A DNA stretch of 64,000 nt from Epiperipatus broadwayi (Eukaryota; Animalia; Onychophora): contig JAQFVV010000007.1 of NCBI GenBank assembly GCA_028023455.1, positions 10,478,001 through 10,542,000 of the forward strand, given 5' to 3'. Of the stretch, positions 60,600-64,000 are shown one piece after another; the stretch's first letter is position 1; every line of letters starts with the position of its first letter. Below the pieces are notes generated by a model that was not told the origin of the DNA, made no database searches, and saw only the letters and a list, made by a program, of their open reading frames with translations. Position numbers and translations under genes: made by a program.

Positions 60600-61340
60600 G
60601 TGTTATAGATATTATAAGCATAAAAAATTCTGAAAAGAAAAAACTGCATCTATGAAATATACCATGTGAATATGGAAAAACATATATTGGTCAGAGTAGT
60701 CATCCCTTTGAAAAACATTTAAAAAAACACAAACTAATGATTAGAAGAGAAAACACAGATGTTTCTAAGATAGTAGACCATGTATGTGCCAATGAATATA
60801 TGTTGAATTGAGAAAATATAAAAATTTTGAATAGAGAAGAAAAGATACAAAGAAAAAAATTTAAAGAAGCTGCTCACATGATAATGGCAAACAATCCCAT
60901 AAGTCAACCTGGTGTGATTATACAAAATGTACGAAAGCCACTAATCAACTCTGCTTTTAGGAAAAAGTGGAGAAATTAGAGGAACCTTATAGATAAGTAT
61001 ATAAAATTTCTACTGACTGTGGCCTTTGGCAGGATGGCTCAGTTGGTTAGAGGATTACCCTAAATTTCAATACTAAGAACCTAAGGGTTCAGGTTTAATT
61101 CCTATCCTAGTACTGTTACTGATCAGGCCAGCAACACCTGAAGAAAAGAGAATAATGCCTCTTGAAATGTTGTGCATACACTAACCTGTTTGATGTGTTA
61201 TTACTAACAGTTGAATGTATTTGGAATGTTTAAATAAAGTTAAATTTTTCTAAAGACATTCAATACTCATATTAGATGATGGAATTAGTTCAATATAAAA
61301 ATACAACTAAAATGCCATTATCACAAACCTTCAGGAAAAC
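60600..61340 (+). mobile_element. Family K PLE 3' part: GIY-YIG, tRNA-like cassette (61028-61105), HHR (61135-61174), tail
   Basis: IYEIPCEYGKTYIGQS...IVDHV...KILNRE...RKKFKEAAH; cac CTGAAGA a AAGAG aataatgc CTCTT GAA AtGT t gtg. Confidence 0.88.
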
Positions 61341-61357
61341 ATAAAATTGTTATTTTG

Positions 61358-62298
61358 TAATTAATAATATGCTGATGTGTTGCAGTGAAACTTTTCTATA
61401 TAATAATTTCTGTAGGCTTTCAATATCATAATTTCTGTAGTCTTAGTGCTTTAAGAGTTTTGTTACTCCATGATCATAGCCTTTTTAGATTATTAACATC
61501 ATTATATGCAAATGTATGCAAAACTATTTTTTTATATTATCCATTTCCTGAAAATGGCAAAAACAAATGTCACTTCTATTTATTGAGTTGATGTCACTTG
61601 TAATAAAACAAGCTTCCTTGATTTTTCTCTTGATGTCATTCCTCTCTGTGCATAGTATATCAGCCTTGGATAGTTCAAATTTGTGGTTGAGCAAAAATGG
61701 AACTGCCTTTTTTGGTTATTGCTCATGTATATATGTATTTGTGTTGAGCTAATCTTTTGCCAATTGTGGCATGAGTTTTACCATAATAAACAGCACCACA
61801 CCCCATTTGAGGGCACACAATTTTATACACTACCTGGGGGGTTGCTGTTTATTATGGTGAAACTCATGCCATGATTGGCAATAGATCAGCTCAACACAAA
61901 TACATATATACATGAGCAATAACCAAAAAAGAAGGCAGTTCCATTTTTGCTGACCATCAGCAAGAGCTCAACCACAGATTTGAACCCTCCAAGGATAATA
62001 TATTATGCACAGAGAGGAATGATATCAAAAGAAAAATCAAGGAAGCTTCTTTTATTACAAGTGACATCAACTCAATAAATAGAAAAGACACTTGTTTTGC
62101 CATTTCCAGAAAATGGATAATATAAAAAATAGTTTTGCATACATTTGCATATAATGATGTTAATAATCTAAAGAGGCTATGATTATGGAGTAACAAAACT
62201 CGAAAGTGCTAAGTCTACAGAAATTATGATATAGAAAGCCTACAGAAATTATTATATAGAAACGTTTCACTGCAACACATCAGCATATTATTAATTAT
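61358..62298. mobile_element. PLE 3'-end fold-back palindrome (arms about 440 bp) with A3-U8-type HHRs
   Basis: GIY-YIG end ADHQQELNHRF...ILCTE...KRKIKEASFI...KW. TSD aaattgttat(g)tttg at 61344-61357 and 62299-62313. HHRs at 61439-61482 (minus) and 62174-62216 (plus). Confidence 0.9.
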
Positions 62299-62519
62299 AA
62301 ATTGTTATGTTTGGAATAAGTTTGAGAAGCAAAGACAAATTTAATGGATTAATAAAAAATAACCTCAATTTATTAACAATGCATAAATAAAAACTGTTGC
62401 ATATATACTCACAACTATTAGTAGAATATACAAAATATTTATAATAGTAATAAAAAAATATTTTAATTTAAGTTCATATATATATTATCTATAATAATAA
62501 GATCTCACCATGTTAAATA

Positions 62520-63130
62520 TTTAAACAGTCCCAAACCATGGTTTGCCACAGATGTCATTTTTAAAATATATTTCTGAATGTCTTCATTTATTCCTCTGTA
62601 AATGGTAGAGACTTTTCTTGGGCAATGGTAATGTTAGAGAATAAATTCAGAAACATTGGTCCATTTTTCTCCTTCACAACATCATAATGGCAGGCACTGG
62701 CTGGTATCATAAAACATCAAGTATCAGTTCCTTGATCTGACTGCATTTTCCGAGTGTTTTGGCTGGTGTTGTGTTTGGTTATCCAGCCATCCATAGTAGA
62801 TAGTTTTCTACTAGATGAAATCATCACACATACTACTATAACTTAGGTATTGAAAAAACTGTAAAACAGTCAGCAAGATATGGCTATCCAAATTATGGTA
62901 GCAAATAATTTTAACTGGTCATTTCCCCCTCAGCATTGGATCACTTCAACACAGATTATGTTGTCTTCAAAAAACCAATAGTCTTAGATCACCTGATTAG
63001 ACTGCAGTGGACTCTACTGAAATGGCATGTAAGTTGCTTGTTTTATATTTATTTATACCATTTGATGTTGTTCAAACATGTTTTTAAACAACATATACAT
63101 CACCACCTAGTGAAAATCTGACCTTTGACT
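62520..63130 (-). mobile_element. Tc1/mariner-like transposase relic
   Basis: Fragmentary KVRFS (W.KV.FSDE), VQ.G...LV.G, GKMT, WLDN...H, .DVV; heavily frameshifted; TIRs not found. Confidence 0.45.
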
Positions 63131-64000
63131 CATTACAACATATTTTTGTAAAAAAAAGTTATAGATTCAAATTTATAGATATTATGTCACGATTTGATAC
63201 ATAAACAAATAAAAAGAGAAAAAAAAGTTTTTTTCTCTTTCTTTATCAACATTCATTAATATAGGAAGAAAGTACAAATTTATTGCTAGTCTTTCGATGC
63301 AATGATTTACCCATTTTTATTAACCCAATACTTTTCAATAATATTTTTAGATCCACTATAAGATTTACTTTAAAAATTGATGTCATTTAAATAAAATTTT
63401 TATTTGAAAGTCAGATTAACAGGATTTTAATTGCTTTATATTTGTATTCAAATCTTTTTGTGCTTCATGATTACTTTTTTCCCCACTTTTACAAGGAAAT
63501 TCATCATCAGGTTTCTCACGTATTACAAAATATATTCTTAATAATATGACCAAATGCATAAACTAACTTTTCTTTTAATTTTTTAAGCTGTTTACTCAAG
63601 TGACATGCCACATATGCAACAGCAGTTTATACATTTATTTTATACAACTTTGTAATATAATTAATCTGGGTTACTATCAACTTTGTTTTAGTTACAGTAC
63701 TAATATCTAAAGTTTTTTTTATAATGAATTTATTATCACATAACAAGAAAGAATGGATACTATTCAATATATTATTATTTTCTATTTCATATGTTTCCCA
63801 ATAGTTAATTTTATTTAGAAATAGGTTATATAAGAGATTGATGTGTTTCCTTATGAGGATAATTAGATTTTTTATTTTATAAACTGTGATAATTGTTTAT
63901 TAGAAAATAATTTCATTTTTCAAATCAAAACACCCACAAAAACATGTAAATTTAATGATGTTTGCAAAACATTATTCCATCTTCAGTTTATATATTGTAG

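Noticed and set aside
61371-61398. CTGATGT...GAAAC in antisense to the PLE
   Set aside because: A9 missing and weak stem II; the sense-strand A3-U8 motif explains the family's ribozyme.

Overview
Very AT-rich, strongly CpG-depleted eukaryotic DNA, probably an arthropod-type invertebrate (inference from composition and TE content). I could not confidently identify any host protein-coding exon, so the window looks intergenic or like a large intron packed with transposons. Recognisable elements: a Buster-type hAT with TIRs and an 8-bp TSD; a young near-full-length RTE LINE plus several 3' fragments; CR1-like and two L1/Tx1-like LINE relics; split piggyBac and Tc1-like relics; tRNA-derived repeats; and many Penelope-like elements (PLEs). 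The main signal, which the ORF track cannot show, is about 30 minimal type-I hammerhead ribozyme (HHR) motifs, many degenerate, in at least five families. Most have palindromic stem III and sit in fold-back insertions; five of these insertions have 12-14 bp TSDs. Highlights: (1) a non-canonical core with the C3-G8 pair swapped to A3-U8, shared by three PLE subfamilies; (2) an ORF-less retrozyme-like family with a 434-nt HHR-to-HHR monomer; (3) a PLE whose 3' region carries a tRNA-Lys-like Pol III cassette followed by an HHR, with ORF-less derivatives starting exactly at tRNA +1, suggesting a PLE-mobilised ribozyme SINE. All alignments and folds were done by eye. Ribozyme activity and novelty relative to published variants are untested.
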